From a bacterium (GTDB lineage: Bacteria > Zhuqueibacterota > Zhuqueibacteria > Zhuqueibacterales > Zhuqueibacteraceae), in contig JBIOXB010000082.1 in assembly GCA_044869275.1 (NCBI GenBank), forward strand, positions 1 through 20,807: a stretch of DNA of 20,807 nucleotides, given 5' to 3'. A program made the position numbers and the translations under genes. Below the pieces are notes generated by a model. That model saw only the letters and a list, made by a program, of their open reading frames with translations. It was not told where the DNA came from and made no database searches. Numbering within the stretch: the stretch's first letter is position 1; each line of letters opens with the position of its first letter. Positions 8,788 to 16,872 of the stretch are shown one piece after another.

Positions 8788-9342
8788 TCATGGTTGTTGC
8801 TCTCCGTATGGCTTCACCAGGGCAAAATAGAAATCATGAGAAACCGAATACAGGACTGCCTCCATTCCATAGAAACGAGCATGCTTCTCGAAAATCATAC
8901 CAAGCTTTCTCATCACGTGAATCGAAACAGAATTGTCAGGGTGAGCGAAGGCAACTACTCGCTGGATGTTGAGCTTGGAGAAAGCCGCCTGCAACCAGGC
9001 GTGCCCAGCTTCGGTTGCGAATCCCATGTGCCAATATTCTTGCGCAAGCCTGTAGCCCAGCTCGAAATCAGGTCCTTGCTCCAAGAGCAGCAAACCCGAA
9101 TCTCCGATCAACTGTCCGGAGTCCTTCAGAGTCATTGCCCATTTGCTGAAGCCATAGATTCGTTGATGCTCAAGATACTTGGCGATTGTTTGCTGGGTAT
9201 CCTTTAAAGATTGGTCTGGTCCGCCTGGGATGAAGCGCATGACCTCTCGGTCTTTGCGATATTGAAAGAGCGCCTCAGCATCTTCCGCGACAAAAGGGCG
9301 CATCAAAAGGCGTTGCGTTTCGAGAGAGACTAACAGAGACAT
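8788..9342 (-). CDS. GNAT family N-acetyltransferase (RimJ/RimL-like)
   Basis: Motifs LETQRLLMRPF...DAEAL, ELGYRLAQEYWHMGFATEA and HPDN..S..VM.KLGM. Confidence 0.92.
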   Translation of the reverse strand: MSLLVSLETQRLLMRPFVAEDAEALFQYRKDREVMRFIPGGPDQSLKDTQQTIAKYLEHQRIYGFSKWAMTLKDSGQLIGDSGLLLLEQGPDFELGYRLAQEYWHMGFATEAGHAWLQAAFSKLNIQRVVAFAHPDNSVSIHVMRKLGMIFEKHARFYGMEAVLYSVSHDFYFALVKPYGEQQP

Positions 9343-9419
9343 CCGGGATACCTAGCCTACGACCCATTGAAGCTTTTAATAGTTTTGCCCGAAATGGTTT
9401 TGCCTATTCGGGGAATACC

Positions 9420-9577
9420 TTAACTTGACAATGTTAACTTAGCTGACCTCCCTCGATTCATGTCATCCCGGAGGGATCTTTTTCTGCACTTGGCACTGTG
9501 CCTATGCTGAAAAAGATCCCGAAGCTTCGGGATGACAAAAAGTGGGTGAGCTAGTCAACTTAACATTGTCAAGTTAA
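9420..9577. mobile_element. MITE-like element, 158 bp, with perfect 18-bp terminal inverted repeats and nested REP-type palindromes
   Basis: TTAACTTGACAATGTTAA (9420-9437) pairs with TTAACATTGTCAAGTTAA (9560-9577). Internal pairs are TGTCATCCCG (9461-9470) with CGGGATGACA (9528-9537), and GGGATCTTTTTC (9473-9484) with GAAAAAGATCCC (9509-9520). ATCCCGAAGCTTCGGGAT (9516-9533) is a perfect palindrome. A second copy lies at 4731-4874. Confidence 0.78.
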
Positions 9578-9653
9578 TCGTTACAAGCAATCTTTACAAT
9601 CTCACCTTAAAAATCCATGCCTTTTCGGCAAAAAAAATTCGCCTTTCTTCTGC

Positions 9654-9681
9654 TTGCAAGTTTGCGGAAAACTGCTAATGT
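9654..9681 (+). promoter_or_regulatory. Candidate sigma70-type promoter upstream of carbonic anhydrase
   Basis: TTGCAA - 16 nt - TAATGT with extended TGn. It shares CTTGC(A/C)A...CTGCTAAT with the candidate at 1098-1127. Confidence 0.25.
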
Positions 9682-9781
9682 AGATGACGCCAAATCATGA
9701 GAGAGAATCAACACCGGCAATTCCATTCGAAACCCAATTCTCGAAAGCCCCTTTAGTCTTCTGCAAATTTAGGCGGTACCC

Positions 9782-9805
9782 TTGCGACTCTGCGTCTTGG
9801 CGTGA
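9782..9805. repeat. Degenerate 8-mer tandem (TTGCGACT CTGCGTCT TGGCGTGA), REP-like remnant
   Basis: Three adjacent xxGCGxxx octamers in the leader of the carbonic anhydrase gene. Confidence 0.35.
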
Positions 9806-9887
9806 GGCTTTGCAGCTTGTCCAGGTCATGTTTTGCGTTTCGAGTATTGAGTTTCGGCATGTGTCAGCCAAGAAAGGATGAAGGTTG

Positions 9888-10520
9888 GTGATTCCGGGAT
9901 TAGAAGCACTAGAACGCCTGCGGGAGGGGAACCGGCGCTTCGTTTCGGGCGTTCGGAGCCTCGACACACTCATGAGCCAGACACGGCGCAGCGAGTTTGT
10001 GACAGGTCAGGAACCATTTGCAGTGATTCTGGGATGTTCCGACTCGCGGGTGCCGGTCGAGATCGTTTTCGATCAGGGCTTGGGCGATCTGTTCGTCATC
10101 CGCGTTGCCGGAAACATCGTCGCGCCTTCTCAAGTTGGCAGCGTGGAATTTGCCGCGGAGCGATTCGGCACCCGGCTCGTCGTGATTCTGGGCCATACGC
10201 GATGCGGCGTGGTCCAGGCAACCTTGCAAGAATTGCAGCGGCCGACGGAAAACCAATCACGCAATCTGCGTTCGATTGTGGACCGCATCCGGCCCTCCGT
10301 GGAAACGTTGCTCACGACGGAGCTCAGGCACGATCAAGAGGCCCTGGCGCGGCACGCCGTTCGGGCCAATGTCCGAGTTTCTGCGAATTATCTTCGACAT
10401 GGATCGGAGGTGCTCGAACGACTGATTCAAAGCGAAGGGCTGATCGTGGTAGGAGCCGAATATGCGCTGGAAACTGGCGCCGTCGATTTTTTTGACGGTG
10501 TGCCGGAATCCGGTATTTAG
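9888..10520 (+). CDS. Beta-class carbonic anhydrase
   Basis: Zinc ligands CSDSRV and HTRC, plus EALERLREGNRRF, FDQGLGDLFVIRVAGN and GSVEFA. Start GTG 9888 or TTG 9885. Confidence 0.95.
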   Translation: MIPGLEALERLREGNRRFVSGVRSLDTLMSQTRRSEFVTGQEPFAVILGCSDSRVPVEIVFDQGLGDLFVIRVAGNIVAPSQVGSVEFAAERFGTRLVVILGHTRCGVVQATLQELQRPTENQSRNLRSIVDRIRPSVETLLTTELRHDQEALARHAVRANVRVSANYLRHGSEVLERLIQSEGLIVVGAEYALETGAVDFFDGVPESGI

Positions 10521-10554
10521 ATTGGCTGCACTGATTGGACATAGAACGACACGT

Positions 10555-12090
10555 ATGCGGTTACGCGATTTTTCTCCGTTTCACTTTGACTTAACTGAAA
10601 CCGAAGCCGGCACGGCAACGAATTTGCGCAGTATGCGCCTCTCATTCCTGGAAGGCGCGCTCACCGGCATCATGGGCGTCTTCACCGGCGGCGTGGTGCT
10701 CACCGGCTTTGCGCTCAGTCTGGGCGCGAACGATTTCATGATCGGCCTGCTGGCCGCCATCCAGGTCGGCGCAAATTTGCTGCAAATCCGCGCTTTTCGC
10801 CGGCTCGAAAAACATGGCCGGCGCAAGGCCATGGCCGTGCGTTTTGCGGCGCTGGCGCGGCTGACGTGGATCGCCATTGCCGCCGTGACTTTGATCACGA
10901 TCCCGGCGTTGCAACCGTACAAAATCTGGCTCTTCTTCATTTTGTTTGCGACCAGTGCCGGACTCGGTATTTACAGTTTAGTGCCCTGGGTTTCGTGGTT
11001 GGTCGATCTCGTGCCGGAAAAAGTGCGCGGGCGTTTTTATGCGCAGCGCAATTTTGCCGGCGGCGCGCTGGGTGTGATTCTCGGCGTGCTTGCGGGAAAA
11101 TTCATCGATTGGTGGAACGCGCAGCAATTCGCGCCCGCGCCATACGGTTTTCTCGTGCTCACTTCGTGCGGCATGCTTTTCGGATTGTTCGCGATCAAGG
11201 CCATCAATCGCATGCACGAACCGCCTTTTGTGCCGCCGCCGGCGCGGCTTACATTTTGGCAGTCGCTTAAGGTTCCGTTTCACGATCCGAACTTTCGCCG
11301 CTTGTTTTATTTTCGTATTTCTTATGATCTCTCCATGGGAATCGCCGGCGCGTTTTACGGCGTCTATATGCTGACGCATGCCGGCTTGAGTTATTTCTTC
11401 GTTTCCACCATGGCCATGCTGTCCACGCTCACCAATTTGCTCGCGCTCAAACCCTGGGGCATCATCATCGACCGGTTCGGCAACAAGCCCGTGCTGCAAA
11501 TCTGTTTGATCGGCAAAGCGTTGTTTGCCTTGCTCTGGATTTTCACCACGCCGGACACGATCGGGCTTTTCGTGTTCGTGCATTTGTTGGGTGTGTTTGA
11601 CGCCGGTAATGCTTTGGCGATCCCAAATCTCGTTTACAAACTCGCGCCCGCCAACCGCCGCGCGAATTACATCGCCGTGGATGGCACCGTGGTGGGCATT
11701 GCCGCCACCGTCGCGCCTCTCATCGGCGGCGGCTTGGCGCTCTTGTTTTCCGACTGGCAGCTCACCCTCGGCGGTTTTCACTGGGCGCATTTTCACTTCC
11801 TCTTTTTCACGGCGGCATTGCTGCGCCTCGGTACTTTTTTGACGCTGCACTACGTGCACGAGCCGGTTTCCAAATCCATGAAGCATGTGATCCGCGTGCT
11901 CTGGCCCATGCGCAGCATCGACATCTTCGAAGGATTCCAGCAAGCGCTGCATGCGTTGCTCGCGCCGTCGCGTTCCATGATCGAAAAACTGGTCGAGAGG
12001 CATGACGGAAACGCGCCGCGCGGAAGGAGCGATGCCATAAAGGCGAAAAAAGAATACCTCGGCTACCAAGAAAAGCGCGAAGAGAATTAG
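10555..12090 (+). CDS. MFS transporter
   Basis: About 12 hydrophobic helices, LVPEKVRGRFY, second-half motif A variant WGIIIDRFGNK, and PF.D.NFRR. Start ATG 10555, just after the carbonic anhydrase stop (track start 10462 overlaps that gene). Confidence 0.9.
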   Translation: MRLRDFSPFHFDLTETEAGTATNLRSMRLSFLEGALTGIMGVFTGGVVLTGFALSLGANDFMIGLLAAIQVGANLLQIRAFRRLEKHGRRKAMAVRFAALARLTWIAIAAVTLITIPALQPYKIWLFFILFATSAGLGIYSLVPWVSWLVDLVPEKVRGRFYAQRNFAGGALGVILGVLAGKFIDWWNAQQFAPAPYGFLVLTSCGMLFGLFAIKAINRMHEPPFVPPPARLTFWQSLKVPFHDPNFRRLFYFRISYDLSMGIAGAFYGVYMLTHAGLSYFFVSTMAMLSTLTNLLALKPWGIIIDRFGNKPVLQICLIGKALFALLWIFTTPDTIGLFVFVHLLGVFDAGNALAIPNLVYKLAPANRRANYIAVDGTVVGIAATVAPLIGGGLALLFSDWQLTLGGFHWAHFHFLFFTAALLRLGTFLTLHYVHEPVSKSMKHVIRVLWPMRSIDIFEGFQQALHALLAPSRSMIEKLVERHDGNAPRGRSDAIKAKKEYLGYQEKREEN

Positions 12091-12138
12091 TAACCAAAAA
12101 GCGTAGGAAAATTCCATCCCCAGATTTTTCATGCCACC

Positions 12139-12270
12139 AACCGGACGTTGAAAAAAACTTGCGTGTCATGCCCGCGCGGAGGGCATCCCGGAAACCCTGG
12201 CAAAACTTGGATTCCAGCTTTCGTGGGAAAGCCAATGTTGAGCGAGGGCGAACTTTTTTTGCCTCCGGTT
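12139..12270. repeat. Degenerate REP-bearing palindromic element with its own inverted ends
   Basis: Ends are AACCGGA....AAAAAAACTT and AACTTTTTTT...TCCGGTT. Internal TGTCATGCCCGCGCGGAGGGCATCC and GGATTCCAGCTTTCGTGGGAAAGCCA are degenerate GTCAT(T/G)CCCGC / GCGGGAATGAC-type halves. Confidence 0.6.
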
Positions 12271-12298
12271 ATTCGCAGCTAAACCTCGGAGGAATATC

Positions 12299-13402
12299 TT
12301 GCAACACGCCGCCCTTATCCCAAAGTGCCAAAATGTTTTCGCCTTCGCGGAAAAACAATTGCGCCATCTGATCACCGCGCATCCCGACTTTTTTCCCATG
12401 TACACCATGAACGGCAAGTGGAAACACGGCGGCGAAGCGTGGACGAATTGGTGCGAGGGTTTTCTCGGCGGGCAATTGTGGCTGATCCATGCACAGAACC
12501 AAGAGCAGTGGTGGCGCCAGCAAGCGGAACATTATTCGCGTTTGCTTGAGCACCGCAAGCACGATCGCAACGTGCACGATCTCGGCTTTCTATTTTTCTC
12601 CACGTGGAAGCGCTGGTACGATGTGACCGGAGATGCGGCCATCAATCAGACCGTCATCGACGCGGGTCGCACGCTGGCGCTGCGCTTTCAGGAAAAGGGC
12701 CAGTATCTGCGCTCGTTCGTGGCGCCAGAGAGCTTATTCATCGACATCATGATGAACGTGGGTATCATCTTTTATGCCGCACAACAGACGGAAGATGAAA
12801 AGCTGTGGCGCCTCGCCCAGCAACATTGTTTGACCACGCGAAAATACTTGGTGCGAGGAGACGGCAGCACCTCGCACGAGGGCATCTTCGACCGCGAGAC
12901 CGGCGAGTTTCTCCGCCAAACCACGCATCAAGGCTGGCGCCATGACTCTTCCTGGGCGCGCGGGTTGGCGTGGGCGTTGTACGGCTTCGGCACGGTGTAT
13001 TCATTCACCAAAGACGCGCGCTATTTGCAAACTGCGGAGGCGTGTGCGAGTTTTTATATCGAACGCACACCGCCTCATGGTGTGCCACCCAATGATTGGG
13101 ACGAGCCTAATCCGAAAATACCGTACGAAAGTTCTGCCGCGGCCATTGCCGCCAGCGGCATGTGGAATCTTGCGCAGCTTACTGGGGACCCCGCACGTGC
13201 GCGCAGGTATCGCGATTACAGCCTGCGTATTTTGGACACCCTTACGACGCCGGAGTTTCTCGCTGTTGAAACACCGGGTTGGGAGGGCCTTCTCAAGCAC
13301 GGCATTTATCACGGGCGCAAAGATTTGGGCGTGGATGAAAGCGTGATGTGGGGTGAGTATTTCTTTTTGGAAGCAGTGGCGAAGGTTCTGCAAGAGGGGT
13401 GA
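12299..13402 (+). CDS. Glycoside hydrolase family 88 (unsaturated glucuronyl hydrolase-like), cytoplasmic
   Basis: Motifs WCEGF.GG.LW, HDLGFLF, IDIMMN, VRGDGSTSH, T.QGW..DSSWARGLAW.LYGF, ESSAAAIAASG and WGEYFFLEA. TTG start behind GGAGGA (12288-12293). No signal peptide. Confidence 0.92.
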   Translation: MQHAALIPKCQNVFAFAEKQLRHLITAHPDFFPMYTMNGKWKHGGEAWTNWCEGFLGGQLWLIHAQNQEQWWRQQAEHYSRLLEHRKHDRNVHDLGFLFFSTWKRWYDVTGDAAINQTVIDAGRTLALRFQEKGQYLRSFVAPESLFIDIMMNVGIIFYAAQQTEDEKLWRLAQQHCLTTRKYLVRGDGSTSHEGIFDRETGEFLRQTTHQGWRHDSSWARGLAWALYGFGTVYSFTKDARYLQTAEACASFYIERTPPHGVPPNDWDEPNPKIPYESSAAAIAASGMWNLAQLTGDPARARRYRDYSLRILDTLTTPEFLAVETPGWEGLLKHGIYHGRKDLGVDESVMWGEYFFLEAVAKVLQEG

Positions 13403-13429
13403 CGTCGAAAGCAGCCCGGTTGGCGGTAT

Positions 13430-13502
13430 TGGATTGGTGGATTGATGGAGTAATGGAGTGTTTATATCATCATTACTCCAATACTCCATCACTCCATTAT
13501 TC
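13430..13502. repeat. Inverted octamer arrays (4 x TGGA(T/G)TNN facing 4 x CA(T/A)(T/C)A(C/T)TC)
   Basis: TGGATTGG TGGATTGA TGGAGTAA TGGAGTGT is followed by CATTACTC CAATACTC CATCACTC CATTATTC. TGGAGTAATG and CATTACTCCA are a perfect inverted pair. Confidence 0.8.
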
Positions 13503-13543
13503 TAAGTGAATCGTCCGTTACTATTCACGAATAGAATGTGCAC

Positions 13544-14314
13544 ATGAATCAGGTAGCTCTGATCACCGGCGCGAGCCGCGGCATCGGCAGAGCAATTGCG
13601 TTAGCGCTGGCCGAGCGTGGCTGGAATGCCGTTATCAACTATCGCAGTGAGGCCGGCGCGGCCTCCGAAGTTGTGGCGGCGATCGCAAAGACAGGCGCAC
13701 GCGGACTGGCGGTTAAAGCGGATATCGCGAGCGCTGCCGAGCGTGAAAAATTGCTGCAAGAAACACTGCGCCATTTTGAAAGAATCGATCTGCTCGTGAA
13801 CAATGCCGGCGTCGCCCCGCGGCAGCGTGCCGATTTGCTGGAAACAAGCGAAGCGAGTTACGATGAGGTGATGGCGGTCAACCTCAAGGGCCCGTTTTTT
13901 CTCACCCAACTTGTGGCGATGAAGATGATCGAGCTCAAACGGGCGGACAAGATTGGTGCCCCCAAGATTATCAACCTCAGCTCGGTGAGCGCATATGCCA
14001 GCAGCCTCAATCGCGCAGAATATTGCCTGTCCAAAGCCGGCGTCGCGATGATGACGAAGCTGTTTGCGCACCGGCTCGCGCAGGAGGGCATTCACGTGTA
14101 TGAAATCCGCCCCGGGATCATTGCGACGGACATGACGAGTGTGGTGAAGGAGAAGTACGATCGTTTGCTTGAAGGCGGCCTCACGCCCATCACGCGCTGG
14201 GGCCAGCCGGAAGAAGTGGCGCAGGCCCTCGTCGCCCTCGCGGAAGGATGCCTGCCTTTCTCCACCGGCGAAGTCATCAATGTGGATGGCGGATTTCATT
14301 TGCGTAGATTATGA
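13544..14314 (+). CDS. Classical short-chain dehydrogenase/reductase (FabG-like SDR), probably a sugar or sugar-acid oxidoreductase
   Basis: Motifs TGASRGIG, LVNNAG, catalytic Ser (SSVS), YxxxK (YCLSK), PGII.TDM and TGEVINVDGG. Start ATG 13544 or GTG 13538. Confidence 0.92.
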   Translation: MNQVALITGASRGIGRAIALALAERGWNAVINYRSEAGAASEVVAAIAKTGARGLAVKADIASAAEREKLLQETLRHFERIDLLVNNAGVAPRQRADLLETSEASYDEVMAVNLKGPFFLTQLVAMKMIELKRADKIGAPKIINLSSVSAYASSLNRAEYCLSKAGVAMMTKLFAHRLAQEGIHVYEIRPGIIATDMTSVVKEKYDRLLEGGLTPITRWGQPEEVAQALVALAEGCLPFSTGEVINVDGGFHLRRL

Positions 14315-14371
14315 ATCCATTCAGGAACGCCGCTTAAATAACTTACTTTTTGAAACCGCTAATTAACGCAA

Positions 14372-15808
14372 ATGAAATATCGCCGCATCGCTTCACTAAA
14401 ATCTCTCGCGGAGTTTCAAGGTTATCTCGCGAAGTTGGGCATCCATTTGCCTTGCGATACCGAAGTGCAGAGCGGGGCAGACTCGCCGTTGGCGCAAGCT
14501 TGCGTATTGAATAATGGTTTTAAGATCGGCAATCGCTTTTGTATTTTGCCGATGGAAGGCTGGGATGGCACGGCCGAAGGCCGTCCCAGCGAGGCCACGA
14601 ACCGGCGCTGGCAACACTTTGGCCTCAGCGGCGCGAAATTGATTTGGGGCGGCGAAGCCGTGGCGGTACGCCACGACGGCCGCGCGAACCCGAATCAACT
14701 TCTGATCAATGAAAAGAATTTGCGCGAGCTGGCAAAATTGCGCGCGACTCTCATCGAAACGCACGAAGGCCTTTATGGCAACAGCGCTGACTTGCTGATC
14801 GGCCTGCAATTAACGCATTCTGGCCGCTTTTGCAAACCAAATCGCAAGGATCGTGCGGAGCCGCAGATTCTGTACCATCACCCTCTCCTCGATCGCAAGC
14901 TGGGATTGGAGCCGTCTTATCCCCTCATGAGCGACGATGATATTGCACGGCTGGTGGATGATTTTGTTGCCGCCGCCAAGCTTGCGTATCGTGCCGGTTT
15001 TGCGTTTGTCGATATCAAGCATTGCCACGGCTACCTCGGCCACGAGTTTCTCAGCGCCATCGACCGCGAGGGGCGTTATGGCGGCAGTTTTGAAAACCGC
15101 ACGCGCTTTTTGCGCGAGGTCGTTGCCGGCATACGCGCGCAAGTGCCGGAGTTGCAAATCGCCGTGCGCGTGAGCGCTTTTGATTTCATTCCTTTCTGCG
15201 AGGGAAGTGAGGGTGTGGGCGAGCCCGAAGCAACGATAGAGCCAGAATATCGGCATGCGTTTGGCGCCGACGCAACCGGCCTGCACATTGATCTTGCCGA
15301 GCCGCGTGAATTTCTCGATTTGCTGGCGATGCTGCAAATTCAATTGGTGTGCATCACGGCGGGAAGCCCCTACTACAATCCCCACATTCAGCGGCCGGCG
15401 CTGTTTCCTCCTTCAGATGGTTATCTGCCGCCGGAAGATCCGCTCGCCGGCGTCGCGCGCCAAATTGCAGCGACCGCCGAGCTCAAAAGGTATCGCCCGG
15501 ACTTGACCTTCGTAGGCTCGGGCTATACGTATTTGCAGGAATGGCTGCCGCACGTGGCGCAAAACGTCATTCGCACTGGCCAGGCGGACTTCGTGGGTGT
15601 GGGAAGAATGGTTCTGTCTTATCCCGAAATGCCTGCGGAGGTTTTGCGCGGAAAGCCGTTGCAGCGCAAGCGCATCTGCCGCACCTTCAGCGACTGCACC
15701 ACGGCGCCGCGCAACGGGTTGATTTCAGGGTGTTATCCGCTGGATGATTATTACAAGAACCGGCCGGAAGCGGATGAGTTGGCGAGGGTGAAGAGTAAGC
15801 CACGATAG
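14372..15808 (+). CDS. NADH:flavin oxidoreductase / Old Yellow Enzyme family protein with atypical active site
   Basis: Motifs I.NRF...[73 protein letters not shown] and ADFVGVGR. Confidence 0.88.
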   Translation: MKYRRIASLKSLAEFQGYLAKLGIHLPCDTEVQSGADSPLAQACVLNNGFKIGNRFCILPMEGWDGTAEGRPSEATNRRWQHFGLSGAKLIWGGEAVAVRHDGRANPNQLLINEKNLRELAKLRATLIETHEGLYGNSADLLIGLQLTHSGRFCKPNRKDRAEPQILYHHPLLDRKLGLEPSYPLMSDDDIARLVDDFVAAAKLAYRAGFAFVDIKHCHGYLGHEFLSAIDREGRYGGSFENRTRFLREVVAGIRAQVPELQIAVRVSAFDFIPFCEGSEGVGEPEATIEPEYRHAFGADATGLHIDLAEPREFLDLLAMLQIQLVCITAGSPYYNPHIQRPALFPPSDGYLPPEDPLAGVARQIAATAELKRYRPDLTFVGSGYTYLQEWLPHVAQNVIRTGQADFVGVGRMVLSYPEMPAEVLRGKPLQRKRICRTFSDCTTAPRNGLISGCYPLDDYYKNRPEADELARVKSKPR

Positions 15809-15853
15809 TTACTGTCATCATTATCTATCTTGGGAAATATTTTCCGCATTATT

Positions 15854-15903
15854 GCCGCCGATGGTGTACCCTAAATTGGGGCTTGTTGGCGACTTCTTTT
15901 TTT
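15854..15903 (+). terminator. Possible intrinsic terminator after the flavin oxidoreductase gene
   Basis: Imperfect stem GCCGCCGATGG...CCCT / GGGG...TTGTTGGCGAC followed by TTCTTTTTTT. Confidence 0.4.
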
Positions 15904-16117
15904 CTTATTTTGATACAAGGCCTGACAATTTTGGCAAGAGAATTACAGCTCAGATCTTCAACCATTTGTCAAAAGGGAGACAGGCCATGAAAACAATCGT
16001 GACCATCAACTTCAAAAGAAGCTGCTACTGACGCACGTATGATTAAAAGTTGGTGGAAGGTTTTTTGATGCGCCGAAAATAACAATATCAGTAATTTCTA
16101 TTTGGCAGGAGATAACT

Positions 16118-16357
16118 ATGTCGGTACAAATCATCCAAATTGATAAGCAAGGACGAATTGAACTTCCTCGTGTGATGCGGGAATCGTTGGGATTATTTCC
16201 TGAAACCGACGTGATCGTTGAATTGACCGAAAAGGGAATTTTCATACGGCCAAAACTTGCAGCCACTCCAATAACCCAAAAGATAGCAGATATGGATCTG
16301 CCTATATCTGATTGGGGCCAGATGGAACAAGAAATCGAGGAAGGGCATCTGAAATAA
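16118..16357 (+). CDS. vapB: AbrB/MazE/SpoVT-family antitoxin (VapB-type)
   Basis: Swapped-hairpin pattern IDKQGRIELP...RESLGL.PETDV.VE....GI.IRP with an acidic tail. AGGAG RBS. Its stop overlaps the toxin start (TAATG). Confidence 0.85.
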   Translation: MSVQIIQIDKQGRIELPRVMRESLGLFPETDVIVELTEKGIFIRPKLAATPITQKIADMDLPISDWGQMEQEIEEGHLK

Positions 16358-16797
16358 TGGATAGTAGTACAGTATTTTTGGACGTGAATGTCTTTATGTA
16401 CGCTGCTGGGAAACCGCATGCATATAAGAACCCATGTCTTCATATTTTAAAGGACGTTGAAACCCAAGCTTTGCCGGCAGTGATCAATACTGAAGTATTT
16501 CAAGAACTGCTATATCGCTATAGTCATATCGGTATGCCCGAAATGGGTATTCAACTCTGCAATGATATTCTGGGCTATCCCTTGATCATACTGCCGATTG
16601 CAAAAGCCGACATTCGTCTTGCAATAGATTTGTTTAGCCAGTACAAGCATACGGGAGTAAAGCCCCGCGACGTTATTCATGCTGCCACACTTAAAAACAA
16701 TGCTGTCACTCAATTGATTAGTGCTGATAAAGACTTCGATAATTTCGGCTTTCTGACCAGAATTGACCCCATGGACTATACCCCCAAAAACGAATAG
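16357..16797 (+). CDS. vapC: PIN-domain ribonuclease toxin (VapC-type)
   Basis: Acidic PIN residues in VFLDVNVFMY, TEVFQE, PRDVIHAAT and ISADKDFD. ATG 16357 is coupled to the antitoxin TAA. Confidence 0.92.
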   Translation: MDSSTVFLDVNVFMYAAGKPHAYKNPCLHILKDVETQALPAVINTEVFQELLYRYSHIGMPEMGIQLCNDILGYPLIILPIAKADIRLAIDLFSQYKHTGVKPRDVIHAATLKNNAVTQLISADKDFDNFGFLTRIDPMDYTPKNE

Positions 16798-16872
16798 ATA
16801 TGAAGTTTATTTTGTGTTTTTCATGGCGCAGGGAAAGCCGCAGATACGAAACCTCACACAATTGGATTTTTA

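Noticed and set aside
9684..9881. 65-aa ORF or structured leader upstream of carbonic anhydrase
   Set aside because: No RBS or motif, it contains a repeat remnant, and I recognise no known RNA family.
10978..12132. 384-aa minus-strand ORF and similar long antisense ORFs (3320..3925, 4973..5809, 6262..7179, 7234..8052, 13601..14299)
   Set aside because: Shadow frames of well-supported GC-rich genes, with no recognisable motifs.
13544..14314. Calling the SDR fabG or kduD, the lyase dapA, or the M20 enzyme argE
   Set aside because: Family motifs are clear, but orthology cannot be established from the sequence alone, and context argues against housekeeping roles for the SDR and lyase.
15931..15944. 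14-bp TTGGCAAGAGAATT identical to 1121-1134
   Set aside because: Both copies are intergenic, but there is no integrase or consistent island boundary. It may be a -35-like motif or coincidence.
15987..16031. 14-codon ORF MKTIVTINFKRSCY behind a GGAGA RBS-like sequence
   Set aside because: Too short to support. It could be a gene remnant or chance, and there is no attenuator-like codon run.
16312..16356. Longer start for the PIN toxin
   Set aside because: It overlaps the antitoxin. The TAATG-coupled ATG at 16357 places the first PIN strand at the N-terminus, as expected.
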